A stretch of 45,094 nt of DNA from Clostridiales bacterium (GTDB taxonomy: Bacteria; Bacillota; Clostridia; HGM11327), in NCBI GenBank assembly GCA_015056475.1, contig SVGF01000003.1, forward strand, positions 1 to 45,094, in the 5' to 3' direction. The notes below the pieces were generated by a model, which was not told the DNA's origin, made no database searches, and was given only the letters and a program-made list of their open reading frames with translations. Shown here in pieces: positions 8,442 through 17,464 of the stretch. The position numbers and the translations under genes are program-made. Position 1 is the first letter of the stretch. The number at the start of each line of letters is the position of its first letter.

Positions 8442-9773
8442 TCAATTACTCTCAACTACAACCTTGACAGAATCATCCGATACGCTGTACCTGACCTCAC
8501 CGTGATCTATGTTAATATCGATTGAAATATCGTTTGTAACGGCAAGCTCGGTGATGGAGATGCGCTCATTTTTCAGTTGTTTTGGGATTTTGGGAGAAAC
8601 GGTGACGGTCTTATTGTCCGCGCTGTACGAAACGCCAAATATAATTTCTACGATCAATTCCAGATATTGTGAAGCTGTCCACGCATATCGAATAACTCCA
8701 TGACCGCTTCCGTCAAACGGATTTACAAATTCAGCGCTATTATGGTTGAATATGCAAATCGTCTTGAAACAAAGCTCGGTTGCCAGATCAACCTCACCGC
8801 AATCGAAAAGCCCGCGCACCACCATCTCATTGATCAACGTCCAAACGTTGCCGCTCCAGCTTGCATTTCCTTGATACTCACCTGTAGTAACAGTAAATAT
8901 ACTATCCTGCTTGGACACAGATGTTAATGGAATGGTATCCCAATTAAAGTGCTCATGATCTTTCAGCAGGCGTATAAGCTTTTCAGCTCTGTCCTTACCT
9001 GCAATATTCATTCTCAACGGAAAAAACGTTGATGCCATAAGACGATCACTAAGCTTTTTTTCATTTATAAGATAAGCAAAATATGCACCTTTTTCTTCGT
9101 TCCACAAATACTGATTTATACTCTGCTTGAGCTGTGCTTTTCTTGCTTCAAGCAGGCTTGCATCCTCAGTCATTCCAAGTTCCTTAGCCAATAGACCCGT
9201 ATAATGACATCCGACACAAACCTCAACATTGGTATCAACAGGCGCATATTCGCCTGCAGATCCAAGGTATGGAACAAACGTTTCCTCAAACACAGCAGAG
9301 ATCAAGCCTGTTTCTTTATCCTGTCGATTTAAGAACCACCAATCAAGGTAACGTTTCATCATTTTATAAGTCAGCAGCTTTAAGTTCTTATCCGTTGAGC
9401 CCTTGACAATATGATACGCAACGTCAAAAAGCTTAGGCAATGAAGAAACGCCCACGGTCTGCGTTAAACGGTCGCCCCCTGCTACCACCAATGGCAAATC
9501 GTCCGCTCCCCAAAGGCATATTCTGCCGTCATCTCTTTGCGATTCGATGAAATTCAAAAGAGAAGTTTCCGTAAACGCTCTGTCCACCCACTGATAGCCC
9601 CGCAATGACACCGTTGAATCCAACTGCCACCATTGCTTTCCGTAGTGACCGCCCGGAGTAAAATAAGGGTAATTAAAACCACAGCTTTTAGCATCATCCT
9701 GCTTGCACATTTCAAGAGTCTCAATTGCATATTCCAAATCATTTTGCGTTATGTAAGAACATTGAATTATCAT
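8442..9773 (-). CDS. GH63/MGH1-like (alpha/alpha)6 glycoside hydrolase
   Basis: PGGHYGKQWWQLDS, PVDTN, LWNEEKGAY, WSGNVW and YAWTA match the MGH1/trehalase-like catalytic barrel. Start moved to ATG 9773 after AAGGAG. Confidence 0.72.
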   Translation of the reverse strand: MIIQCSYITQNDLEYAIETLEMCKQDDAKSCGFNYPYFTPGGHYGKQWWQLDSTVSLRGYQWVDRAFTETSLLNFIESQRDDGRICLWGADDLPLVVAGGDRLTQTVGVSSLPKLFDVAYHIVKGSTDKNLKLLTYKMMKRYLDWWFLNRQDKETGLISAVFEETFVPYLGSAGEYAPVDTNVEVCVGCHYTGLLAKELGMTEDASLLEARKAQLKQSINQYLWNEEKGAYFAYLINEKKLSDRLMASTFFPLRMNIAGKDRAEKLIRLLKDHEHFNWDTIPLTSVSKQDSIFTVTTGEYQGNASWSGNVWTLINEMVVRGLFDCGEVDLATELCFKTICIFNHNSAEFVNPFDGSGHGVIRYAWTASQYLELIVEIIFGVSYSADNKTVTVSPKIPKQLKNERISITELAVTNDISIDINIDHGEVRYSVSDDSVKVVVESN

Positions 9774-9870
9774 ATAAAAACTCCTTTGATCTTGCAGATC
9801 CAATAACATAATGAAACGCATTTGTCAGTAGTTCATCCTTGTACGTTTCAATAATTACTTCATTGCAATT

Positions 9871-9899
9871 ATTATAGCATAATACCACACATTTTGCAA
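9871..9899 (-). promoter_or_regulatory. Sigma-A promoter for GH63-like gene
   Basis: TTGCAA-17 nt-TATAAT with extended -10 TG. Confidence 0.6.
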
Positions 9900-9928
9900 T
9901 ACAAAAGAGAAACCTCAACCAAAACCAC

Positions 9929-9957
9929 TTGACAAAAACCGATTTTTCCGTTATAAT
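9929..9957 (+). promoter_or_regulatory. Sigma-A promoter of valS leader
   Basis: Perfect TTGACA-17 nt-TATAAT. Confidence 0.85.
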
Positions 9958-9965
9958 ATACACAT

Positions 9966-10180
9966 CAAGCTGTTCGAGGGGTAGCGATCTTTCAGCAACA
10001 GAGAGGGCAACGTTTTGGTGCAAGTTGCCTTGCGTAAAGTAGATCGCGAGTTGCGAATATGCTCCGAGTTTCGGCGGGTAGCTCCGTTATGGGCTTTGAG
10101 TGTCGCATTTTATGCGGAATTAAGGTGGTAACGCGGAGATAGCTTCGTCCTTTGTTTTTAGGGCGAAGCTTTATTTTATT
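9966..10180 (+). ncRNA. T-box riboswitch (Val)
   Basis: AGAGA and GGTG boxes in stem I, T-box AAGGTGGTAACGCG (about 10122-10135) and terminator AGCTTCGTCC/GGGCGAAGCT plus T-tract. Val codons lie in or near the specifier loop (GTT 10050-52; GTA 10039-41). Confidence 0.9.
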
Positions 10181-10228
10181 TATCACTAAAAAGATTATAA
10201 TATTTTCTAATAATTACAGGAGTTTTTT

Positions 10229-12895
10229 ATGTCAAACGAAACAACAAATTTTCCGAAGGTTTACGACCCGCAGTCTACAGAAGCCCGTCTTTACCAAAAA
10301 TGGGTAGATAACGGCTATTTTACTGCGCACGTTGACAAAACAAAGGAATCATACACAATAGTTATTCCCCCACCGAATATAACAGGTCAGCTCCATATGG
10401 GTCATGCTCTCGACAACACTCTCCAGGATATCCTCATCCGTTTCAAGAGAATGCAGGGCTACTCTACGCTCTGGCTCCCCGGCACAGACCATGCCAGCAT
10501 CGCAACGGAGGTCAAGATCATCGAAATGCTCGCTAAGGAAGGCGTAACAAAGTACGATCTTGGCAGAGAAAAGTTCCTTGAGCGCGCATGGGAATGGAAA
10601 AAGGAGTACGGCGGCAGGATCACAAAGCAGCTCAGAATGCTCGGCTCATCCTTGGACTGGACTCGCGAACGCTTTACAATGGACGAGGGCTGCAACAAAG
10701 CCGTTCGTCACGTATTCGTATCGCTCTACAATAAGGGACTTATCTACAGAGGCGAAAGAATCACAAACTGGTGCTGTGAATGTAACACAGCTCTTTCCGA
10801 TGCAGAAGTTGAATATCAGGAAGATCCCGGTTTCTTCTGGCACATAAAGTATCCCATCAAGGATAGCGACGAATTCATTACGTTTGCAACGACCCGTCCC
10901 GAAACAATGCTCGGTGATACAGCTGTAGCTGTTCATCCCGAGGATGAGCGTTACACTCACCTCATAGGCAAAACGCTTATTCTCCCCCTCGTAAACAGAG
11001 AGATCCCCGTAATCGCTGACGAATACGTTGACAGAGAGTTCGGTACAGGTGTTGTTAAGATCACTCCTGCACACGACCCCAATGACTTTGAGGTTGGTCA
11101 AAGACATAATCTCCCCATCGTTAAGGTTATAAACGATGACGGCACAATGAATAAGCTTGCAGGCAAGTACGAAGGTCTTGACAGATACGAAGCAAGAAAG
11201 CAGATCGTTAGTGATCTTGATGCTTTGGGCTTGCTCATAAAGGTTGAACCCCACGCTCATAACGTTGGTCATTGCTACCGTTGCCACTCAACAGTTGAGC
11301 CCATGGTTTCAACACAGTGGTTTGTAAAGATGAAGCCCCTTGCTGAGCCCGCTATTGCAGCTGTTCGCAATAAAGAAACAGTATTCATCCCCGAGAGATT
11401 TGACAAGATCTACTACAACTGGATGGAAAATATCCGTGACTGGTGTATCTCCCGTCAGCTCTGGTGGGGTCACAGAATTCCCGCATGGTACTGTAAGGAC
11501 TGCGGCGAGATCATCGTAAGCGAAGATACGCCTACAAAGTGCCCCAAGTGCGGTTGCGAGCACCTTAAGCAGGACGAAGACGTATTGGATACGTGGTTCA
11601 GCTCTGCGCTCTGGCCCTTCTCAACACTTGGCTGGCCCGACAAGACAGAAGATCTTGATTACTTCTTCCCCACAACAACGCTCGTAACAGGCTATGATAT
11701 CATATTCTTCTGGGTATCAAGAATGATCTTCTCATCCATCGAAAATATGGGCGAGGTACCATTCAAGAACGTACTTATTCACGGTCTTGTTCGTGACGAT
11801 CAGGGCAGAAAGATGTCAAAATCCCTTGGTAACGGTGTGGATCCGATCGAAGTAATCAACTCATTTGGTGCTGACGCTCTCAGATTCAGCCTTGTTGCAG
11901 GTACAACACCCGGTAACGATATGCGTTACTACGACAGCAAAGTAAGAGCTTACAGAGATTTTGCAAACAAGATCTGGAATGCAAGCCGCTTCATCGTAAT
12001 GAACCTTGAAAACGCACCCTTCGAAAAGCCCGATGACAGTATGCTCACAGCTGATGATAAGTGGATAATGTCAAGACTTAACGAGGTTACAAAGGAAGTT
12101 ACGTCCAATATGGAAAACTTCGACCTTGGCGTTGCCGCGCTCAAGCTCTACGACTTCATCTGGACAGAGTTCTGCGACTGGTACATTGAGCTTACAAAGA
12201 TACGTCTTTACTCTGACGACCTTGAGCAGAGAAAGACCGCAATTTATGTTCTCGTTACAACGCTCACAAAGGCCCTCCAGCTCTTGCATCCGTTTATGCC
12301 ATTCATAACAGAAGAGATCTGGTTGCATCTCCCCCACGAGAATAGTGCTGATGAAACGATCATGCTCACAAAGTGGCCTGAATACAGCGAAGAATTAAAG
12401 TTTGAAGAAGCTGAAGCACAGATGAACGTTATTATGGACGTTATCCGCGCAGTAAGAAACTTGAGAGCAGAAATGGATATAAAGAACTCCAAGAAGCTTG
12501 ATATGATACTCTTTGACAACTCAGGCAAGTACGTTGAAATGCTCGAATCAGGCAGAATCTATATCGAGAAGTTTGCAAACACTTCAAACCTCCGTATAAC
12601 CACCTCAAATGACGGTGTTCCCGCTAACGCTAAGGTAGTTAATATAGGTACTTTGATTGCGTACTTCCCAATTGATGAGCTTGTAGACTTCACAGCAGAG
12701 CTTACAAGACTTGAAGCCGAAAAGGAAACTGCAACGTCCGAGCTCAAGAGAGCCGAAGGTAAGCTTTCAAACGAAAAGTTCGTAAGCAAAGCTCCCGCAA
12801 AACTCGTTGACGAAGAAAAGGCAAAGGTTCAAAAATATACAGAAGCCCTTGCATCCATCCAACAGCAGATCGACGCCATCAAGGCAATGATGTAA
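10229..12895 (+). CDS. valS: Valine--tRNA ligase
   Basis: [13 protein letters not shown] (HIGH), [17 protein letters not shown] and C-terminal coiled coil; upstream Val T-box. Confidence 0.99.
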   Translation: MSNETTNFPKVYDPQSTEARLYQKWVDNGYFTAHVDKTKESYTIVIPPPNITGQLHMGHALDNTLQDILIRFKRMQGYSTLWLPGTDHASIATEVKIIEMLAKEGVTKYDLGREKFLERAWEWKKEYGGRITKQLRMLGSSLDWTRERFTMDEGCNKAVRHVFVSLYNKGLIYRGERITNWCCECNTALSDAEVEYQEDPGFFWHIKYPIKDSDEFITFATTRPETMLGDTAVAVHPEDERYTHLIGKTLILPLVNREIPVIADEYVDREFGTGVVKITPAHDPNDFEVGQRHNLPIVKVINDDGTMNKLAGKYEGLDRYEARKQIVSDLDALGLLIKVEPHAHNVGHCYRCHSTVEPMVSTQWFVKMKPLAEPAIAAVRNKETVFIPERFDKIYYNWMENIRDWCISRQLWWGHRIPAWYCKDCGEIIVSEDTPTKCPKCGCEHLKQDEDVLDTWFSSALWPFSTLGWPDKTEDLDYFFPTTTLVTGYDIIFFWVSRMIFSSIENMGEVPFKNVLIHGLVRDDQGRKMSKSLGNGVDPIEVINSFGADALRFSLVAGTTPGNDMRYYDSKVRAYRDFANKIWNASRFIVMNLENAPFEKPDDSMLTADDKWIMSRLNEVTKEVTSNMENFDLGVAALKLYDFIWTEFCDWYIELTKIRLYSDDLEQRKTAIYVLVTTLTKALQLLHPFMPFITEEIWLHLPHENSADETIMLTKWPEYSEELKFEEAEAQMNVIMDVIRAVRNLRAEMDIKNSKKLDMILFDNSGKYVEMLESGRIYIEKFANTSNLRITTSNDGVPANAKVVNIGTLIAYFPIDELVDFTAELTRLEAEKETATSELKRAEGKLSNEKFVSKAPAKLVDEEKAKVQKYTEALASIQQQIDAIKAMM

Positions 12896-12902
12896 TTATT
12901 CC

Positions 12903-12935
12903 GGGGAGCTTCAGCTTGAATGCTCCCCTTTGTTT
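12903..12935 (+). terminator. Intrinsic terminator of valS
   Basis: GGGGAGC...GCTCCCC stem followed by TTTGTTT. Confidence 0.75.
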
Positions 12936-12940
12936 AACTT

Positions 12941-13342
12941 ATGAATATTATAGCTTGTATCGATAACGAAAACGGAATACTATTTAACTCAAGAAGACAA
13001 AGCCGCGATGCCCATATTTTTGATGATATCAAAAATACCATCGACTCAAAAATCATCTATTGTTCCGAATATTCCGCAAAATTATTGCAAGAGTACTCGC
13101 TTTCACCTGCGGTAGTCAAAACGTTAAAAGCCGTACCTGAAAACGGATACTATTTTCTCGAAAACACTCTGCCGCCGGATCTCTTGCCCGAAATCAAAAA
13201 GGTGATAATATATAAATGGAATAAATCATATCCCAAGGATACTTATCTTGGAATGGACTTTTCAAATATAAAGCTCGTTCACACGTCTGATTTTCAAGGT
13301 AAGTCGCATAAATTGATCATAAAGGAAATATATGAATTATGA
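12941..13342 (+). CDS. Conserved hypothetical protein with DHFR-like N-terminus (family I recall being auto-labelled 'ribonuclease Z')
   Basis: MNIIACIDNENGILFNSRRQSRD resembles the dihydrofolate reductase N-terminus; WNKSYPKD and FQGKSH motifs. No metallo-beta-lactamase HxHxDH. Overlaps the next gene (ATGA). Confidence 0.6.
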   Translation: MNIIACIDNENGILFNSRRQSRDAHIFDDIKNTIDSKIIYCSEYSAKLLQEYSLSPAVVKTLKAVPENGYYFLENTLPPDLLPEIKKVIIYKWNKSYPKDTYLGMDFSNIKLVHTSDFQGKSHKLIIKEIYEL

Positions 13343-14838
13343 AAATATATAAAAAACTGCTTACATATTTAAGTGTACTTCTTATATCATTATCCCTTAT
13401 CAGCTCATGTATAACTGCGCCAACGCCATCACACAATATTCCCGATGAAATACTTACGTTAGCCAACGTACCCGAATTTTCCGATAAAGCCTACGTTGCA
13501 ATAAACTCAAACGTTCCGTATTTTACCGAGAGCGAATTGACGGTTGACTCTTACGAGTATTATTCAGAGCTTGATTCTCTAGGCAGATGCGGTATTGCCA
13601 TCGCATGCATAGGTATTGATATAATGCCGACCGAAGATAGAGGCAGCATAGGTTCAATTAAACCAAGCGGTTGGCAATCTGTAAGATACGATATCGTTGA
13701 CGGCAAGTATCTTTATAACAGATGCCACTTGATAGCATTTATGCTTGCAGGTGAAAACGCAAACAACAAGAATCTCATCACAGGTACCCGTTACATGAAT
13801 ACCGAAGGTATGCTTCCGTTTGAGGATATGGTGCATGATTACGTTGTTGAAACAGAGAATCACGTTATGTACAGAGTAACGCCCATATTCCGTGACAATG
13901 AGCTTGTAGCAAGAGGCTGCTTGATGGAAGCATATTCTGTTGAGGATAACGGTGAAGGTATCTCTTTCTGTGTTTACGTATATAATGCACAGCCGGGTAT
14001 AACAATAAACTATGCAGACGGCTCAAGCGCACTAAATGGCCAACCTTTGCCAAGTCCCGGTGCATCATCTGCCCCGTCCGACGTCAGCTTCATACTCAAC
14101 ACAAGCTCAAAAAAGTACCATAAGCCCACCTGCTCACAGATCAACAGGATCAGCGAAAACAACAGGGCTGAATTCTTTGGTGATGAGCAAGATCTTATTG
14201 AAGATGGCTATACTGCCTGCGGTACTTGCTTTAAGGGCGAAGTTTCCGACATTTCTACACCATCGCCTACATCCACTCCAACTGTTATCCCAACAGCAAC
14301 TCCCACTCCGATAGTTATACCGACAGTAACGCCTGCTCCGACAGCTTCACCGACGCCAACGGTAACACCGACACCGTCTTTAGCAACGCCTTCACTCAAG
14401 CCTACCGTTACACCATCTCAAACACTACCACCCGAAGCAAATATTACTTACGTGCTTAATACAAGCTCAATGAAGTATCATAAGCCAAACTGCTCGCAAG
14501 TAAACAGGATCAGCGAAGAAAACAAGGCTGATTTCTACGGTAGCGAGCAAGATCTTATTGATGACGGTTATACAGCTTGCGGAACTTGTCACAAAAATCA
14601 AAGCGCAGACAGCTCAACTACTGCGCCGACTACAACGCCACAGGCACCATCAATCCTACCGACACCCACAGATAATAATTCAATCACATACGTGCTGAAT
14701 ACAAGCAGTTTGAAGTACCACTTGCCGTCTTGTGCGCACGTAAAGAGAATTAAAGAGGAAAATAAGGAGAAATATAGCGGAAGTTTGGGAGAACTAACCG
14801 GAAAAGGCTATACCCCTTGCGGCACCTGTATACGGTGA
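13339..14838 (+). CDS. Lipoprotein DNA/RNA non-specific (DNA-entry-type) endonuclease with three Ada-like Zn-binding modules
   Basis: Lipobox-like LISSC; LDSLGRC, PSGW, YNRCHLI, NLITGTRYMN and YRVTP of the beta-beta-alpha-metal nuclease family. Three 47-aa LNTSSxKYHxPxC...GYTxCGTC repeats with Pro/Thr linkers. Confidence 0.88.
   Translation: MKIYKKLLTYLSVLLISLSLISSCITAPTPSHNIPDEILTLANVPEFSDKAYVAINSNVPYFTESELTVDSYEYYSELDSLGRCGIAIACIGIDIMPTEDRGSIGSIKPSGWQSVRYDIVDGKYLYNRCHLIAFMLAGENANNKNLITGTRYMNTEGMLPFEDMVHDYVVETENHVMYRVTPIFRDNELVARGCLMEAYSVEDNGEGISFCVYVYNAQPGITINYADGSSALNGQPLPSPGASSAPSDVSFILNTSSKKYHKPTCSQINRISENNRAEFFGDEQDLIEDGYTACGTCFKGEVSDISTPSPTSTPTVIPTATPTPIVIPTVTPAPTASPTPTVTPTPSLATPSLKPTVTPSQTLPPEANITYVLNTSSMKYHKPNCSQVNRISEENKADFYGSEQDLIDDGYTACGTCHKNQSADSSTTAPTTTPQAPSILPTPTDNNSITYVLNTSSLKYHLPSCAHVKRIKEENKEKYSGSLGELTGKGYTPCGTCIR
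14089..14829 (+). repeat. Three intragenic 141-bp repeats (14089-14229, 14449-14589, 14689-14829) separated by Pro/Thr-rich linkers
   Basis: Visible in protein and DNA; copies 1 and 2 share AACAGGATCAGCGAA and GAGCAAGATCTTATTGA. Confidence 0.85.
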
Positions 14839-14876
14839 AAAACATTCGAATTTATAAATATAACTGAGAGGTAAAT

Positions 14877-15041
14877 ATGGAATATCTGATCCCGATATGT
14901 ATTATAATTTTAGCAGTCGTGCTATTTTTCAAGGTCACAAAAGCTATATTAAAAGCGGTATTCGCTTTTGTTTTTGTCGGATTTATCGTATATCTTTTGA
15001 CCGGCACAAATTTGATAAGCGAGTTATTGTCAATTCTGTAA
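14877..15041 (+). CDS. Small membrane protein (54 aa), absent from ORF track
   Basis: GAGAGG RBS, then MEYLIPICIIILAVVLFFKVTKAILKAVFAFVFVGFIVYLLTGTNLISELLSIL*. Two hydrophobic segments with a Lys-rich loop; terminator follows. Confidence 0.75.
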   Translation: MEYLIPICIIILAVVLFFKVTKAILKAVFAFVFVGFIVYLLTGTNLISELLSIL

Positions 15042-15059
15042 ATCTAACGTCAACAAAAC

Positions 15060-15087
15060 AGCGCGTGCAGTATTTTATGCACGCGCT
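15060..15087. terminator. Bidirectional intrinsic terminator
   Basis: AGCGCGTGCA/TGCACGCGCT 10-bp stem between convergent genes. Confidence 0.75.
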
Positions 15088-15132
15088 TAAATTTTATATA
15101 TTAAATTTTATTGGATAAATGGGATAAAACCA

Positions 15133-15501
15133 TTACATTACAACAATCAATATCAGCATGATCACCGCCAGCCATATCAAAACAAACGGAATGGAATAAT
15201 ACCATTTTTGTGGGGCACCATTGCCCCATAGATCTTGAGATCTCGCCCTACAATCGGCAAAAACCTCGTCTGGAATACACCTGATGCACCACACGATGAG
15301 CACGGGCAAAATGATCAGATCATCGAGATATCCAAGAATAGGAATAAAATCAGGTATCAGATCTATTGGCGACAACGCATAGACCACCACCAGAAACGCT
15401 AAAACCTTAGCAAACCACGGTGTTTTTTTATCTTTCAGAGCTATAAAAACAGCCGGAATATCTGTTTTTAATCTTTGAGCTCGTTCCTTTAACTTGTTCA
15501 T
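15133..15501 (-). CDS. DUF1232/YkvA family membrane protein
   Basis: YALSPIDLIPDFIPILGYLDD signature. Confidence 0.92.
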   Translation of the reverse strand: MNKLKERAQRLKTDIPAVFIALKDKKTPWFAKVLAFLVVVYALSPIDLIPDFIPILGYLDDLIILPVLIVWCIRCIPDEVFADCRARSQDLWGNGAPQKWYYSIPFVLIWLAVIMLILIVVM

Positions 15502-15580
15502 TGCCGCCTCTGTTTTTTCCTCTGTATTTCATCTTAATTTCATCTGAATTTCCTGTTGTTTCATCCAAAAATTTCACTTA

Positions 15581-16156
15581 TCACAAACCGAATAATACTA
15601 TTCCCATCACACCCGATATTGCAACAAGTATGATCGAAGAAAACTCTTTTTTCTTTATCCTTTTCCAGATTATAGGAATCACTATCACGACCGCAAGGAT
15701 CAAAGCCTTGCGCCAATCAAATGCAAATTCTATATTGCTAAGAGTGTAAGTGCCGCAAAAAACAGTAAGTGCCATAGTGACGGCAACGGATATGATCATT
15801 CCGCCGATTGCAGGACGCATGCCTGAAATAAAAGCCTTAACAGGAGGATATTTCAAAAGATTCTTTATCAACGAAGCAATTATGACCACAACTGTAAACG
15901 AGGGCAAAACAACGCCCGCAGTTGCAAGGAGTGCGCCTAAAAATCCACCCTGCTCGTAACCAACGTAAGTGGCTGCATTGACTGCTATTGAGCCCGGAAA
16001 TAACGAAACTGCACCAACAAGATTCATCAGTTCGCTGTCTGTCAACCAGCCGTATTCAACCAAGGACTCCCCTAACAAAGATAGCACGGCATAGCCTCCG
16101 CCAAATGCAAAGATACCGCCCTTAAGAAACGTTAAGAAAAGCTGCAGATATATCAC
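15581..16156 (-). CDS. Short-chain chromate transporter (CHR) subunit
   Basis: FLKGGIFAFGGGY, PGS..VNAATYVG and LPSF motifs. GTG start overlaps the upstream stop. Confidence 0.88.
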   Translation of the reverse strand: MIYLQLFLTFLKGGIFAFGGGYAVLSLLGESLVEYGWLTDSELMNLVGAVSLFPGSIAVNAATYVGYEQGGFLGALLATAGVVLPSFTVVVIIASLIKNLLKYPPVKAFISGMRPAIGGMIISVAVTMALTVFCGTYTLSNIEFAFDWRKALILAVVIVIPIIWKRIKKKEFSSIILVAISGVMGIVLFGL

Positions 16157-16725
16157 TTTTGCTCTCCTTTCTGTTTTTTGGTATTAAAAAAGGATACCAC
16201 AAGCCCGCACAAGCCTGCTGAGAGTATGAACCAGACCGCAGGTATGTGAACGTCAAATACTGTGCAGAGTATCATACCGATGCAGGTTACAGAAAAAGCA
16301 ATTATGTCAAACGCTGACTTTCTCATTCTCTTGAGCATTTTTATTCCCGCTGAAGTAATAAGATACACAACACATACCTGAATACCCTTAAAAGCAGCGG
16401 CAACTATAGCTATCTCCATAAATTCGTTGTAAAACAGCGAAACAAAATACATTATTACAAATGAAGGTACGCACACTCCTATCATTGAAACGAAAGCGCC
16501 CCAAAATCCTTTGAGCCTATAGCCTATGCACGTAGCAACGTTGATAGAAATAGATCCGGGTGTGTTTTCTACAATGGCAACGATATCCATAAAGTCGTCA
16601 TGCTCTATAAGCTTTCTTTTTGATACGAATTCGTTTTCAAACAATGCAATAATGGCATATCCTCCGCCAAATGCAAAGCAACCGATTTTAACCATTGATA
16701 AGAATAATGATAGAATTATACTCAT
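16153..16725 (-). CDS. Short-chain chromate transporter (CHR) subunit
   Basis: KIGCFAFGGGY, TPGS.SIN and VPSF motifs; tandem with the previous gene. Confidence 0.88.
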   Translation of the reverse strand: MSIILSLFLSMVKIGCFAFGGGYAIIALFENEFVSKRKLIEHDDFMDIVAIVENTPGSISINVATCIGYRLKGFWGAFVSMIGVCVPSFVIMYFVSLFYNEFMEIAIVAAAFKGIQVCVVYLITSAGIKMLKRMRKSAFDIIAFSVTCIGMILCTVFDVHIPAVWFILSAGLCGLVVSFFNTKKQKGEQK

Positions 16726-16751
16726 AAAGCCTCTTTTTGATCAGTAATTAC

Positions 16752-17255
16752 TTAATCTTGCACTAATTTTCCAATTCTGCTTAAAAACTCATTAGCCTCA
16801 CTCCTGCTTGTAAATACAATAACGTTTTTGTCGTTGTATTTTTCAAGCAAAGAAAGGACTTTTGGTCTTTGATTATCTATGTAGCCTTTTATAAATTCAA
16901 GGAATTCTTCATCATCCTCGGTTTCCACCCACGGCATATCCTCCCTCGGCTTACCCTGCCTTTTCCGAATACCGCTAAGACAAACCTCAAGCGGATAGTC
17001 AAGGAAAATAACAGTATCGCATGCGGATATGCGCATTTCCATGGTACTTTGGTAGTTGCCGTCAATTATCCACGTATCCTGATTCATAACGGTTTGCAGA
17101 CGGTCAATAAAAATACTCTTTTCGATCTTTGTTTTATTGCTATTCCAACACATCATATCCAAATAATGCAGAGGTATATCAGTGATGGTGTGAAGCTTGC
17201 GGGCAAATGTACTTTTTCCACTCCCCGGGCAACCGATTATTATGATCTTATTCAT
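16752..17255 (-). CDS. Adenylate kinase-like / topology modulation protein (FlaR-like) P-loop kinase
   Basis: IIGCPGSGKSTFA, HYLD, WIIDGNY and DTVIFLD motifs. Confidence 0.85.
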   Translation of the reverse strand: MNKIIIIGCPGSGKSTFARKLHTITDIPLHYLDMMCWNSNKTKIEKSIFIDRLQTVMNQDTWIIDGNYQSTMEMRISACDTVIFLDYPLEVCLSGIRKRQGKPREDMPWVETEDDEEFLEFIKGYIDNQRPKVLSLLEKYNDKNVIVFTSRSEANEFLSRIGKLVQD

Positions 17256-17450
17256 GAATAAAGCCTCCTTTTTGAGTTTTTAAGTAGTCTATAAGGTTGA
17301 CAACACCAATAAAAACAAACGAACGGCAAGAACGAGTGTGATAATCCATTTACCGAGAGGCTCGTGATTCAGCGCAATAATAACGTAAACAATTATTATC
17401 GCAACTCAAATGATTATTTGGAAAAGAGATGATATCAATTTCCTTTTTTA
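17249..17450 (-). pseudogene. Decayed small membrane-protein gene
   Basis: Reads KRKLISSLFQIII*VAIIIVYVIIALNHEPLGKWIITLVLAV, then shifts frame to FVFIGVVNLIDYLKTQKGGFIHE*. GGTGA RBS but no intact ATG; final stop overlaps the next gene's start. Confidence 0.5.
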
Positions 17451-17464
17451 TTTGACTTGTCACC

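Noticed and set aside
14255-14435. Pro/Thr repeats as a DNA tandem repeat or phase-variable tract
   Set aside because: Codons vary between units, so it is a protein-level linker and not a slippage tract.
14897-15118. 73-aa ORF from the track
   Set aside because: No RBS, runs through the terminator, and overlaps the better-supported 54-aa membrane ORF at 14877-15041.
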